Shown here in pieces: positions 29,731 to 39,591 of a DNA stretch of 64,000 nucleotides. Origin of the DNA: Bdellovibrionales bacterium (GTDB lineage: Bacteria; Bdellovibrionota; Bdellovibrionia; Bdellovibrionales; UBA1609); NCBI GenBank assembly GCA_965199825.1, contig OZ241329.1, positions 384,001-448,000 on the forward strand, in the 5' to 3' direction. The notes under the pieces are model-generated. The model had not been told where the DNA came from. It ran no database searches and saw only the letters and a program-made list of their open reading frames with translations. The translations under genes and the position numbers were made by a program. The first letter of the stretch is position 1; each line of letters opens with the position of its first letter.

Positions 29731-30492
29731 TTACAAAAAGAATGTGAGACCTACCAAAAATTGAAAATTGCTGATCGTTTCGTCTCTTACAGTTCCGCCA
29801 ACACCTGAGTTTGAATATTTCAAAACGGTTTGGCCAAACCATTGATCACGAATCGATGTGCGAATTGCAAAATGCTGTGAAAAGAAAAAGTATTGCGAAA
29901 TATCAAACCCATAAGTAAAGGCCGACTGCGATTTGTTACCGCTAATAACAACTTGATCGTATTCGGTCATACCGATGAGAGGTGTAAACGAAAGATCGAA
30001 GTAAATAATTTTACGATTTAAAAAACTCATTTTTGCGTATATGGGAACGTAGTTAAATCCGATGCCATAAAAGTTGCGCATCCGGTTGTAATCCGCGCCG
30101 GCGCCGCCGCCTGTTGAGCGCAACTCATTTTCCATTCGACCATCATGAAGATTTGAGACCTGATAATCCAACTGGATTCCATAGCGCTCTTGCCAAAAAT
30201 AATTAGCCGAATACTGAATCATATTTCCATCGCTATAGGGATCATTGATCAATGGGCCGTATTGAGCCGAGAATGAAAATCTTTTTTCTTTAGAATAAGT
30301 TCGGTTTTGAACAACCGAAAAATCGGTATCCTTTGCCGACCAATACTGATTTTCGAGATCTTTGATGTCGACCTTATCCGAATCGGGCATGGCCTTAACT
30401 GCAGCCTCAGGCGTTTTTTGTGCCTGGGCTTTATGGATTCCCACAGTGAATGTGAGTAAAAAAATTGCTGTCGTACATAATGTGCGATTCAT
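29731..30492 (-). CDS. Outer-membrane beta-barrel, GltA/B/H-like
   Basis: VVQNRTYSK, YVPIYAKMSFLN..IIYFD, C-terminal GLTFFL. Confidence 0.75.
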   Translation of the reverse strand: MNRTLCTTAIFLLTFTVGIHKAQAQKTPEAAVKAMPDSDKVDIKDLENQYWSAKDTDFSVVQNRTYSKEKRFSFSAQYGPLINDPYSDGNMIQYSANYFWQERYGIQLDYQVSNLHDGRMENELRSTGGGAGADYNRMRNFYGIGFNYVPIYAKMSFLNRKIIYFDLSFTPLIGMTEYDQVVISGNKSQSAFTYGFDISQYFFFSQHFAIRTSIRDQWFGQTVLKYSNSGVGGTVRDETISNFQFLVGLTFFL

Positions 30493-30504
30493 ATCATTCT
30501 CCTT

Positions 30505-31998
30505 TTACCGGGTACTCCGGAATAAGAAAGGATATGACACATTCACCATAGTGCCACCAGTTGGTTTTGGAAATTGCCAACCGGCGATTCGTCGTAAGAT
30601 GCAACCCTCAACCATCGAGTTTTGTAAGGTGGAACTTCCGATACTTTGGGTAGCCACTTTTCCTTCGGGATTGATGGTGAATTTGACCTGAACTTTTCCA
30701 TAAAGAGTCGGACTTGCGCTCAGCTGTCTCTCATAGCAGTAGCGGATTTGACCGAGCTCGCTTTGAATCACTCGCGCGATCACGTCGCGATCAAGTCCTC
30801 CATCAACTTCGGTTTCTTCTTCTAAAATTCCGACTGTGCTATTGCCGACGTTTCCACTGCTCAGACCGCCCGTTCCTTTATACTGTGCAGCACCACCACC
30901 TCGACCTACCGTACTCACGCCGCCGATTTTATGACCATCCGAAGCTTTTCCGGTTGTGGGCATTTCTTTACCATCAACAAGGGTTCCGTGAACGATGGTT
31001 GATTTTACTCCGGCTTGTCCACTTGCGCCCTCTTTGCCGTCGGCTACCACAAACATATGATTGAGATTCGCACGCGCAGAGATCTTGCCAATTAATGAGC
31101 CCAATTGTTTGGCTTTGATTTGGCTGATGACTTTTGCCGCTTTGCCGCCCGCCTCGCGTTTGTCTTGGACCACTCGATCGGCATTGCCGGTTGCCGGAGT
31201 GTCTTGTTGCTGACGGGTTTGACCAGACAAATTCTTTTTGAGTTTGATTGAGTCTTTGCGTTTTTCGGCCATCAATTTGGCGTCATAAATCATTTTTGTG
31301 TAGATGTTTTGTTGTGGCGTGACCATGGCATCTTTTGGTTGGTGCGGCATAAACACAAATAACAGTGCACCAATACAAAATAAGACTGCGCAAAGGATCA
31401 GCGACCATCGGAGTGCGGGATCAATGGTCTTAAGCTGACTGCCCGCTTCGATTTCAAGTTTTTCGCTTTTGACTAAACGCTGCTGGATGATCAGGTCATC
31501 CACTTGGGTTTTTTTCCACTGAGCCGAAGTTGCAACTCCAAGAGCGTGATTTTTACCATGCCAAAAGAAATCAAATTTTTCTTTTGAATCTAACAGCTGA
31601 GTTTCGATCACATGACCATTTTTGGTGATGATGACCTGATGATAGAGCTCGCCGGGTTTTGAGGTTTGACCACCGTCATCTTCAAACAAATGGCGCTCAT
31701 ACTCGCGCGGCATAAATTTTAAAACATGAGATCCAATATGCACTTCGGTTTCGCGGTCGATAATGGCTTCGATCACCGGATTTTTTGCGATCCATGTGCC
31801 TTGTTCAGATCCAAGATCGTTCAAGACCCACTGTCCATTTTGAAAATCCACACTCGCGTGAAGACCGCCCGCCCCTGCTAACTTCACATCAGCAGAATTC
31901 GATGAGCCCATCAATTGACGGCGATCGGGCCTGATCATATGCCGGCCGATAAAACGATTTTTGTAACGATGTTCGAGCTCTAAAACTGTTCGTTTCAT
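30505..31998 (-). CDS. gltG: GltG/AgmX-like protein (FHA-like domain, TM helix, TonB-C-like domain)
   Basis: LNDLGSEQGTW (FHA-like), central TM helix, IRYCYERQL...GKV.VKFTI...CI...WQFPKP.GG.V.VSYPF. Confidence 0.8.
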   Translation of the reverse strand: MKRTVLELEHRYKNRFIGRHMIRPDRRQLMGSSNSADVKLAGAGGLHASVDFQNGQWVLNDLGSEQGTWIAKNPVIEAIIDRETEVHIGSHVLKFMPREYERHLFEDDGGQTSKPGELYHQVIITKNGHVIETQLLDSKEKFDFFWHGKNHALGVATSAQWKKTQVDDLIIQQRLVKSEKLEIEAGSQLKTIDPALRWSLILCAVLFCIGALLFVFMPHQPKDAMVTPQQNIYTKMIYDAKLMAEKRKDSIKLKKNLSGQTRQQQDTPATGNADRVVQDKREAGGKAAKVISQIKAKQLGSLIGKISARANLNHMFVVADGKEGASGQAGVKSTIVHGTLVDGKEMPTTGKASDGHKIGGVSTVGRGGGAAQYKGTGGLSSGNVGNSTVGILEEETEVDGGLDRDVIARVIQSELGQIRYCYERQLSASPTLYGKVQVKFTINPEGKVATQSIGSSTLQNSMVEGCILRRIAGWQFPKPTGGTMVNVSYPFLFRSTR

Positions 31999-32005
31999 TT
32001 TTATC

Positions 32006-32236
32006 TCACTTTAAATAATCGACTGCCGACTCGATATTTTCATTCATATGATTTTTGACATCGTAAAGCGGAACAAATTGAACCCCACGTTTTTGGACAA
32101 CGTTTGCACCGTCTGGAGTTCTGGCAATCCCGTCGACTTCGGATCCCTCGAAATTGACATCTTGAGATTTTTTAAAATGGCCCTTTGGGGATTCTGCAAA
32201 TGCGCTGAGTGATAAGATTAAAAAAATAAAATTCAT
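32006..32236 (-). CDS. gltF: GltF/CglF-like small periplasmic protein
   Basis: Signal peptide plus VNFEGSEVDG..RTPDG motif; position between gltE and gltG. Confidence 0.7.
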   Translation of the reverse strand: MNFIFLILSLSAFAESPKGHFKKSQDVNFEGSEVDGIARTPDGANVVQKRGVQFVPLYDVKNHMNENIESAVDYLK

Positions 32237-33105
32237 TTTGCTCCTTTAACGCCCGCTGGTGCGCGAGCCGCTTTTTCAAGTACCGCAACTTGAGCTTCTA
32301 GTTTTTTTATTTTTTGCTCAACATCCAATTTTTCATCTAGCCGTCGTGAGCTCTTGATTTGTTTGTAAGAGGCCAGGGCTTCAGGGAGATCCTTAAGATT
32401 CTCTTCCAAGATTTGGGCTCTTTTTAAGCGAATTTGGGCCTTATTGGGCTCGAGGTCTTGGGCCGCGGTGAGATAGACCACGGCTTGTTTGTAATCATTT
32501 TTTTCGATCAAACACTGCGAGGCCGCAAGGAGTGCCGAAAAATTTTGGTTATCTTTTTTAAGAGCCTTTTCGAAGTAGGCCAGGGCTTCGGAATGATACT
32601 GTTCGCGGTAAAGAATATGGCCCAACGCAAGGTTGGCCTCAAGCATATCGGGATCAAGTTTTAAAACACGACGAAAAGTTTCGACACTTCCACGCGTATC
32701 GCCCATTAAAAAAGCGATGCGGCCCATTTGGTAAAGTACAACCGCACTTTGGTTGGCCTTTTTACTGCTGAGCTCAATCATCCACGCGGCACGATTGAGA
32801 TCCCCCTTCATTTCACTCACCACGCTTAAGTAATAAGTACCCCAAGGAGCCGTTGGATCTTGGGTTGCTAAACGATTGGCAATCTTTTCGGTTTGGTCAT
32901 AATTTTTGGCTTGCACACAGCGTGCGGCAAGACTCAAAAGTTTTTCCCAATTGTTTTCTTTGAGTTCACCGGTTGGACACGTTGATGGTTTTGCAGCACG
33001 AAAAGTCACCGCTTGGACATTTTTTAAGTAGTTCGAAGTCTCAACCGGTTTGACTGCGGTTGAGGCACAGCCGGTTAAGAATAAAAATAAAACTAAGCGC
33101 TTCAT
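32233..33105 (-). CDS. gltE: TPR lipoprotein, GltE/AglT-like
   Basis: Lipobox LTGC, multiple TPRs, operon position. Confidence 0.7.
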   Translation of the reverse strand: MKRLVLFLFLTGCASTAVKPVETSNYLKNVQAVTFRAAKPSTCPTGELKENNWEKLLSLAARCVQAKNYDQTEKIANRLATQDPTAPWGTYYLSVVSEMKGDLNRAAWMIELSSKKANQSAVVLYQMGRIAFLMGDTRGSVETFRRVLKLDPDMLEANLALGHILYREQYHSEALAYFEKALKKDNQNFSALLAASQCLIEKNDYKQAVVYLTAAQDLEPNKAQIRLKRAQILEENLKDLPEALASYKQIKSSRRLDEKLDVEQKIKKLEAQVAVLEKAARAPAGVKGAK

Positions 33106-36002
33106 GTGCCCATCCCTTGTGGCAACGTCAATGGTGGCGCCGAAAATTCGACTTTGAATTCCTCACGCTTCTTCATATTCATTTGATCCAGTTGAGATTG
33201 AAGACTCGCAACAGTGCCGTCATAGATTCGCATTTTTTTTGCGGTCTCTAAAGCTTGAGCGATCGTCTCAACACCTTTTTCTTCAAGCGGAATTGAGAGT
33301 TTGTCGACTTCGGCCCGAAAGGCTTGCTCTTCGGGAGCGCTCATCCCTTCAGGTGCTGGCATTGTTTTTAGAGCCTGCACATAATGGGTGTAGCAATTTG
33401 CCAAATGCTTCAAGGATTGGATTGTTGTTTTGGGCTCACCAAAACGCACAACCGATTGAAAAGCCTGTTGGGCTTTGTCCAGTTTTTCGGTTTTGATTGC
33501 GAGCACGGTTCCAAGTCTTTCGAGCCGGGCTTTCACGCTGGCTTTAACAAATTCATCTTCCAAAATTTCGGCCTGAATAAATCTTGCGCGGGCCTTGGCT
33601 TCGCTTGACGCTTGATCGCCCATATTCATTACGTCTTTGGCTTGGCTAAAGGCTTTGGTGTTGTCGCCCTTTGCCAAAATCTCTTCGGTCAAAGTGACAA
33701 GCGCAATACTGGCTTGAGGCTGCATTTTTCCGCGCGCGATACCTTCGAGCACAAGATGATAATCTTGAGGATTGAGTAGAGCTTTTTTGAGCGCCATATT
33801 TTTATCAAGCGCATAGCTTGAGATTTTTTTGTCTTCTTGTTGGCGGATTAATTCTTCGTAAATTTTTTGGGCATTGATCTTTTGATCACACAAAACCATA
33901 AAGTCGGCAGCCATGGTTTTCCACTTCATCGCATTTTTTGGATCAACCCCCGAAAGTTTGATAAGGACTCGTGCTGCAGGATCAAGTTGCCCCATAGCTT
34001 CAAATGTCTCGGCCGATTTTAACAACGCCTCAACAGATTGATTGGCTTTGGGAAATTGATCAAAGTAAGCCTCTGCGGTGATTGCGGCCTCTCCGTAGCG
34101 CCCGGTGCGAAATTCGATTTGCATCGCATTCCACCAGGCCTTGGGAGCTAAGTCGGACTGATTATTTTCTTTGGCGAATTTTTTGTATTCAATTGCGGCT
34201 TCTTTCAGAGTTGCAGCCTCTTCCATTTTTTGGATTTGGATAAAGTAGGATTCGCGATAAATCTTTTGTAATTTTGCAATGCGGTCTGGGGTGGCTGGAA
34301 GTTTTAAAAGATCGCCCGACGTTTGTTTAAGACCAGCGTAATCTTTTTTGATATTTAAAATATCGAGATAAAGATCTTGTGATTTTAATCCCTTTTCTTC
34401 TTTTGCATACTTGCGCCCCAATTCTAAAAACAAGGGTGCGGCCTCATCAAAATGATCTTTGCCGTAAGCAATCAATCCTTGTTTGAAACGGATATCGAGA
34501 GTGTATTTGGCTTGTGGAAAATTGGTGGTATAAAACAAAGCCAATTTCTTAAACTGAGTCTCGTCGGCATCATTCCATTTTTCGCCCACCGCTTTTTCTA
34601 GACTTAACAGTGCTCCGTAGGCGGCATCGTGACCCATCGGTTCTTTGACAAGTGCCGGTGCGGTCAAAGCATATTGATTTGAAGCTTCACGAAATTTACC
34701 CAATTGAAATAACAATTCACTATATGCAAAACGAGCCTCATCTTTTTCGTGTGAGGGTGTTGCAACTTTTAAATAAATCTCAAATGCTTTTTCTGAAGCC
34801 GAAGCAAACTCAGTAAAAGTCTGATTCTTTTTCCAGGTGCGGAGCCATTTTGATCCAAGTTGCAAAGCGGCTTCGGACAACATGATTTTACATTTTTCGA
34901 GTTTGCTTGAATCACACACCCGATCAAAAGATTGGAGGCTTGATACGGCTTCTTTGCGGTTGCGCATATCTTCGTATGTGTGAACGAGCCCATCGTAAGC
35001 CTCGGGCAGTTGATCCGAATCGCTCAGTTTTCGTACAAAATCGAGGAGCAAAATTTTACGGTCCTCGTGACGCGAGTGACGTTGATAAAGGCCCGAGAGT
35101 TTAAGTAACAGATCGGGCATCTCTTCTTTTTTGGCTTGAGTCGAAAAATAGTGGTACGCATCGTTGGCTTTTTGATCGTCTTCGTAAAATATAGTCATGT
35201 CGGCAAGGGCTTCTTTTCGTAAATCAAGCCGCTGATCAAAGTTTTTTTCTTCAACCATCTTGCCAAAGGCCACAACCTTTTCGAGTTCGGTCAGAGCTTT
35301 ATGATTGTCTTTGAGATTATAGAGCGACCAAGCCCCTTTATAAATTCCATAAGGATAAACAGGTGAGTTGGGATACTCTTGAATAATCTGAAAATGATCG
35401 AGAGCGAGTTTAAAATTATGACGATCAAATTCGATTTCTCCCACCGCAAGATGACAATCCGGAATCAACGGCGAATCGGGAAAATTTTTGATCACCGCCA
35501 AATATAAATTCTCTGGCTCTTTGTTTTGACCAATCTCTTGGCGAGCAAATGCATTGTTAAAATAGACCGTGTCCATTTTTGAATAGCGTGGAAAGTCCTT
35601 GGCGATCTTGTCATAAACATCAATCGCAAGATGGACCGCCTCTTTGCTTGCAGCGGACTTGGCGAGTGGTGCAATAAAGCTCACAAGTGTGGGCGAAGAG
35701 CGATTGATTTCAAAAAATCTTTCGGTCTTACTTCGTCTCATGTAGAGCTCGGCCAGTCGCAGTCGCAAATCAGGTTCAAGAGGTGAACCTTTATATTTTT
35801 TTAATAAAAGTTTGAGCTGATCCAGTGCTTGATTTTCGGCACTGGTAATAAGGAGCTCGGTTTTTAGAGCCTTTAAATCATTTTCTTTTTCATCACCCGA
35901 AGTCATCTTCAATGGATCAAGTGCTTGAGACGTAGTCTTGGCTACAGAATCAAATCCGATAACTGACAAAACAAAAATAAAAATTTTAAAGCTAAATCTC
36001 AT
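33102..36002 (-). CDS. gltD: Large periplasmic TPR protein, GltD/AgmU-like
   Basis: 966 aa with signal peptide and TPR arrays; C-terminal P.PEG......F......IPLEEK. Confidence 0.75.
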   Translation of the reverse strand: MRFSFKIFIFVLSVIGFDSVAKTTSQALDPLKMTSGDEKENDLKALKTELLITSAENQALDQLKLLLKKYKGSPLEPDLRLRLAELYMRRSKTERFFEINRSSPTLVSFIAPLAKSAASKEAVHLAIDVYDKIAKDFPRYSKMDTVYFNNAFARQEIGQNKEPENLYLAVIKNFPDSPLIPDCHLAVGEIEFDRHNFKLALDHFQIIQEYPNSPVYPYGIYKGAWSLYNLKDNHKALTELEKVVAFGKMVEEKNFDQRLDLRKEALADMTIFYEDDQKANDAYHYFSTQAKKEEMPDLLLKLSGLYQRHSRHEDRKILLLDFVRKLSDSDQLPEAYDGLVHTYEDMRNRKEAVSSLQSFDRVCDSSKLEKCKIMLSEAALQLGSKWLRTWKKNQTFTEFASASEKAFEIYLKVATPSHEKDEARFAYSELLFQLGKFREASNQYALTAPALVKEPMGHDAAYGALLSLEKAVGEKWNDADETQFKKLALFYTTNFPQAKYTLDIRFKQGLIAYGKDHFDEAAPLFLELGRKYAKEEKGLKSQDLYLDILNIKKDYAGLKQTSGDLLKLPATPDRIAKLQKIYRESYFIQIQKMEEAATLKEAAIEYKKFAKENNQSDLAPKAWWNAMQIEFRTGRYGEAAITAEAYFDQFPKANQSVEALLKSAETFEAMGQLDPAARVLIKLSGVDPKNAMKWKTMAADFMVLCDQKINAQKIYEELIRQQEDKKISSYALDKNMALKKALLNPQDYHLVLEGIARGKMQPQASIALVTLTEEILAKGDNTKAFSQAKDVMNMGDQASSEAKARARFIQAEILEDEFVKASVKARLERLGTVLAIKTEKLDKAQQAFQSVVRFGEPKTTIQSLKHLANCYTHYVQALKTMPAPEGMSAPEEQAFRAEVDKLSIPLEEKGVETIAQALETAKKMRIYDGTVASLQSQLDQMNMKKREEFKVEFSAPPLTLPQGMGT

Positions 36003-36012
36003 AATTCCTTAT

Positions 36013-36798
36013 TTAAGCAGCCATCGCCTTTTTACCCGCAAAATCGGTTAAGAATTTTTGGGTGGCTTGGCTAACATTGATAAATTTTAACCCGTACTCA
36101 ATCGGCGCATTACGCTCTTGAACAGTACTGCTAAAACGTTTGTTGACCACTTCACAAATTGCATTAAACGGTGGGACGCCATCGCCTGGTTTAAAATGCA
36201 GATACAAAATTTGACCGGGCACAACCATCGCATTTTCCATCACAACACCCGCTCCACCAGCCGAAATCTCAACGCCTTGGCCTTTCCAAACCGTTTTGTT
36301 GTCGTGAACCAAAATTGTTCCACCGTAACCCACACGTTGGTGACGACGACGAAAAAATACTTCTTCAACTTCACCGGATTGATTGTCTTTTAAAGTACGA
36401 ATTGATTCTGCCGCAAACTCAGTGCACTCAGCCACTCGTTTCCAAGCGTCAAGTCCGGGGTGCCAAGCAAAATCAAATTCAAATACCGCTTTTTGTTGCA
36501 GCATGCGAATCACATCGGTGTAAGCAAAAGGTCCAAATTTATTTTCACCCTTTAAAATATACCACTCACGATTGACCACGGGAACTGGCTGAGGGGCTGG
36601 CTTCATTGGAACTGGCTTTTGTGGTGCTGGCCGATTTTGCAATTCGGGAACATCCATAAACAAAACCCAATCTTGTTTGGTTTCGTCATAAAGATAATCA
36701 ACCATCGCTAGTTCGTTGTTCTTAATCTTGCCCATGATCTCTAGTATAGACCAAGGCCCCATCTGTTCGCCATTGTGTGACACATAAAAACTCGACAT
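36013..36798 (-). CDS. Tandem GYF_2 (DUF4339) domains plus PilZ domain protein
   Basis: FYVSHNGEQMGPWS and WYILKGENKFGPF...WHPGLDAWK (GYF_2); RRRHQR and EISAGG (PilZ). Confidence 0.85.
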   Translation of the reverse strand: MSSFYVSHNGEQMGPWSILEIMGKIKNNELAMVDYLYDETKQDWVLFMDVPELQNRPAPQKPVPMKPAPQPVPVVNREWYILKGENKFGPFAYTDVIRMLQQKAVFEFDFAWHPGLDAWKRVAECTEFAAESIRTLKDNQSGEVEEVFFRRRHQRVGYGGTILVHDNKTVWKGQGVEISAGGAGVVMENAMVVPGQILYLHFKPGDGVPPFNAICEVVNKRFSSTVQERNAPIEYGLKFINVSQATQKFLTDFAGKKAMAA

Positions 36799-36819
36799 CT
36801 GGCCCCCCTGTGAAGGTAG

Positions 36820-36846
36820 CTATCGGCAAGTCAAATCACCGACTTA
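36820..36846 (-). promoter_or_regulatory. Sigma28 (FliA) promoter upstream of the GYF-PilZ/glt operon
   Basis: Minus strand reads TAAG-N15-GCCGATAG, 21 nt upstream of ATG 36798 with a GGGGGG RBS between. Confidence 0.75.
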
Positions 36847-36882
36847 AACCGAGGATGCGCCATGAAAAGAGGTTCGACAGTA

Positions 36883-37428
36883 TTAGAAACTTTGGTCGAG
36901 TTTTGGGCGAGCAAGTGCAAGCGACGCAATCATTAATGAGTGATCAATCTCGCCATTATTGAGCATTTCATAAACAGTTTTAATTGGTCTTAGGACAACT
37001 TCAAGATCTTCATAGGGGTCGAGGTCCTGGTCCTGAATTTTATGGCAGTCCTGCGCAATAAAAGTCTTGAGTCGGTTGGATTGGGTTGCTGGATTTGGAA
37101 AATGCGGTGCAAGTTCAATCCAATTGTCAGAATGGTATCCGGTCTCTTCGAGAAGTTCTCGTTTTGCAGCCGAAAGCGCTTGTTCGTCGGGATCAAGCGA
37201 ACCTCCAGGAATTTCGATAAAAACTTTTTTGGCTGCATGACGATATTGATTGAGTGTGATCATTTGCTTCTCGCGAGTGATCGCAACGATCTGCACCCAA
37301 TCTAAAAATTCAAAAACAAAATAGCCCGGCATAATTCGTCCATCAGGCAATTCACATTTGTCTTTACGAAGACAAAAAAACTTATTTTTAAAGAGTTCAG
37401 AAGTGCTTAATATTTTCCACGCTTTCAT
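36883..37428 (-). CDS. NUDIX hydrolase (ADP-ribose pyrophosphatase-like)
   Basis: Nudix box GGSLDPDEQALSAAKRELLEETG and QYRH; start ATG 37428. Confidence 0.9.
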   Translation of the reverse strand: MKAWKILSTSELFKNKFFCLRKDKCELPDGRIMPGYFVFEFLDWVQIVAITREKQMITLNQYRHAAKKVFIEIPGGSLDPDEQALSAAKRELLEETGYHSDNWIELAPHFPNPATQSNRLKTFIAQDCHKIQDQDLDPYEDLEVVLRPIKTVYEMLNNGEIDHSLMIASLALARPKLDQSF

Positions 37429-37442
37429 GCTACCCGTTTGCC

Positions 37443-38102
37443 ATGGCTCTTTATGTGATTGCAACCCCCATTGGTGATATTGGCGACTTAAGTGTGCGGG
37501 CTCGCGAGATTTTGGCGCGCGTGGATTTGGTGATTGGCGAAGAAGCAAAACCGACACGACGACTGTTGTCTGCGGCAGGCTTGAGCCAAAAACCAATTGA
37601 GTTATTAAATGAGCACTCTGGTGTCGATGACATCGCGGCGCTGAGTCGGATGTGCGTAGATCAAGAAGTTGCTTTAGTGAGTGATTGCGGAACGCCTGGG
37701 TTTTGCGATCCCGGTGCAGAACTTGTTGCCGCTTGCAGACAGTCAAAGGTTGCGGTGATTTCGGTCGCGGGTCCGTCTTCGCTGATGAGTTTTATAAGTG
37801 TGCTTGGTGTGCGCATCAGCAGCTTTGTGTTCTGGGGATTTTTACCGTTGGATAAGATCCTTCGTTCACAATCGTTACGAGCATTAGCCTTAGAAAAGCG
37901 CGGCGTATTTTTAATCGAAACCCCCTACCGCTTTCGCCGTTTGCTGGAAGAACTCAGCGTGGCTGTGGGTGCGCGCTCTTTGATTGTAGGATTAAATTTG
38001 TCGTGCCCCGATGAGATGGTAGTACGCGGTCGCGCCTCTGAAATTTTGGCGATGGATTTGCCCCCAAAGCCCGAGTTTTTGATTTATTTGGAAGGTGTTT
38101 AG
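37443..38102 (+). CDS. rsmI: 16S rRNA (C1402-2'-O)-methyltransferase RsmI-like
   Basis: LYVIATPIGD..D, LVSDCGTPGFCDPG, ETPYR. Confidence 0.85.
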   Translation: MALYVIATPIGDIGDLSVRAREILARVDLVIGEEAKPTRRLLSAAGLSQKPIELLNEHSGVDDIAALSRMCVDQEVALVSDCGTPGFCDPGAELVAACRQSKVAVISVAGPSSLMSFISVLGVRISSFVFWGFLPLDKILRSQSLRALALEKRGVFLIETPYRFRRLLEELSVAVGARSLIVGLNLSCPDEMVVRGRASEILAMDLPPKPEFLIYLEGV

Positions 38103-38164
38103 ATTTTGTTTGAGTGGGCTTTTTAGATTTGAGTAAGGTTAGGATACTTTAGGGGTTGGATTTT

Positions 38165-38913
38165 GATGAGGGGTTTGGCTTTATAAATGAACAGCCTTAT
38201 TCTTAACAAATCTGGATTGAACAGCTTGCGAAAGTTTTGTTCGGTATCATTGAAATGACATTGCCCCGTCGGTTTTAATTTTTTGCGAGTAAAAATTAAT
38301 CACAAGCGGTCTTGTTATTCTTAATTGAACAAAATCCGAACACCTCGGAGTCTTGTTTTTCGGGTGAGATGCGGATGGCGGTTCGGTTTTATAAATTAAA
38401 CCGCTTTGCTCTTAACAAATCTGAATCAATCCGGTTGCGAAAGATCTGTCCGGTATCATTGAAATGACATTGCCCCACCAGTTTTAATTTTCTTGGTCGA
38501 GTACAAAACGAAACGCATGCGGTCTTGTCATTTTTTAATTGAACAAGATTTGAACACCTCGGAGTTTTGTTTTTGCGGTGAGATGCGGATGGCGGTTTGG
38601 TTTTTGGATCAAATAAATCTGATAGGCACCGGATACGAGTAGCTCTATTTGATATAAATAAAATGACATTGCCCCATCAGTTAAAATTTCGAATGGAATA
38701 CAATTCTATTGCAAGCAGTCTTTTGAAATCTAATTGAACAAAGTCCGAACACCTCGGAGTTTTGTTGTGGCTGCAACATTAGATTTTTATATGGGATCGT
38801 GCCACTCTTCATCTTGGTGAGGGTTCAATCATTGCCCAAACTTTGATGAGACTACAGTGAGTAGGATGCGAATACATTTATTTAATGAAATCGAAATGAC
38901 ATTGCCCCGTCGG
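38165..38913. repeat. Degenerate tandem array of ~200-230 nt units, each with AATGACATTGCCCC
   Basis: Motif blocks at 38252-38267, 38461-38476, 38660-38675 and 38893-38908. Units 1 and 2 align over their full length (TTATAAAT at 38181 and 38389). Hairpins at 38328, 38542 and 38737. Confidence 0.9.
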
Positions 38914-39039
38914 CAGCGCTTGAATAAAAGTAGCACGATCACTTCTTAAAAAAATAAATTCGTCCCAAAATTTCAATTTTAAAATTAACTTTTTAACCAT
39001 AAATAAATTGTAATTTAATGTATATAAATATAGTTTATA

Positions 39040-39591
39040 GTGATGAAACAGCTTCCTCTTTTTTCACTTTCCAAATCAAAAAGTTACGGCGGCCAAATGA
39101 AAGGTCGGCGAAAAACCGCGCGTCCATTAGATAAAAAGCGCTTGCATCACGTGATTCTAAAATCGCAATATGCTAAGGGTGGCCGGAGCTTTAAAAAATT
39201 TGATATGCAAATCAAATACAAAAATTTGATTTATTCCAAAGCGAAAAAGTATGGAATACGAATCGCGGCTTACAGCAACGTAGGCAATCATTTTCACTTG
39301 CTCATCCGCTTTCAAGATCGCAATCTCATCAAAACTTTTTTTCGAGTTGTCGCCGGAGTGATCGCAAGGCTTGCCGTCGGCGCACAAAAAGGGAAAAGGT
39401 TTGGCAGATTTTGGGACTCGGTCATTTTCTCTCGTATCGTTAGCAAAGGTCGGGATGAAATCCGCATGTTTGATTACCTTGAAGCAAATTTGATTCAGTC
39501 ACACTTTGGGAAAGCGGCGCGCAAACATTTCGAATCGATATGTAAGGAATATTGGAAGGAATTTTTTAGAACTTCACGTGCTCCGGGTTGA
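39040..39591 (+). CDS. Y1 HUH endonuclease / IS200-like or REP-associated tyrosine transposase
   Basis: R..RP...LHHVILKS, HUH motif NHFHLL, FWD...SRIV, catalytic-Tyr helix DYLEAN; AT-rich upstream region. Confidence 0.85.
   Translation: MMKQLPLFSLSKSKSYGGQMKGRRKTARPLDKKRLHHVILKSQYAKGGRSFKKFDMQIKYKNLIYSKAKKYGIRIAAYSNVGNHFHLLIRFQDRNLIKTFFRVVAGVIARLAVGAQKGKRFGRFWDSVIFSRIVSKGRDEIRMFDYLEANLIQSHFGKAARKHFESICKEYWKEFFRTSRAPG

Noticed and set aside
38165..38913. CRISPR array interpretation of the repeats
   Set aside because: The invariant part is only 14 nt, the period is ~200-230 nt, the intervening sequences are homologous to each other rather than unique spacers, and no cas genes are present.
38255..38950. 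Micro-ORFs starting at each motif (MTLPRRF*, MTLPHQF*, MTLPHQL..., MTLPRRQ...)
   Set aside because: There is no SD, lengths are inconsistent, and no synonymous variation occurs in ATG ACA TTG CCC. Conservation looks nucleotide-level, not peptide-level.
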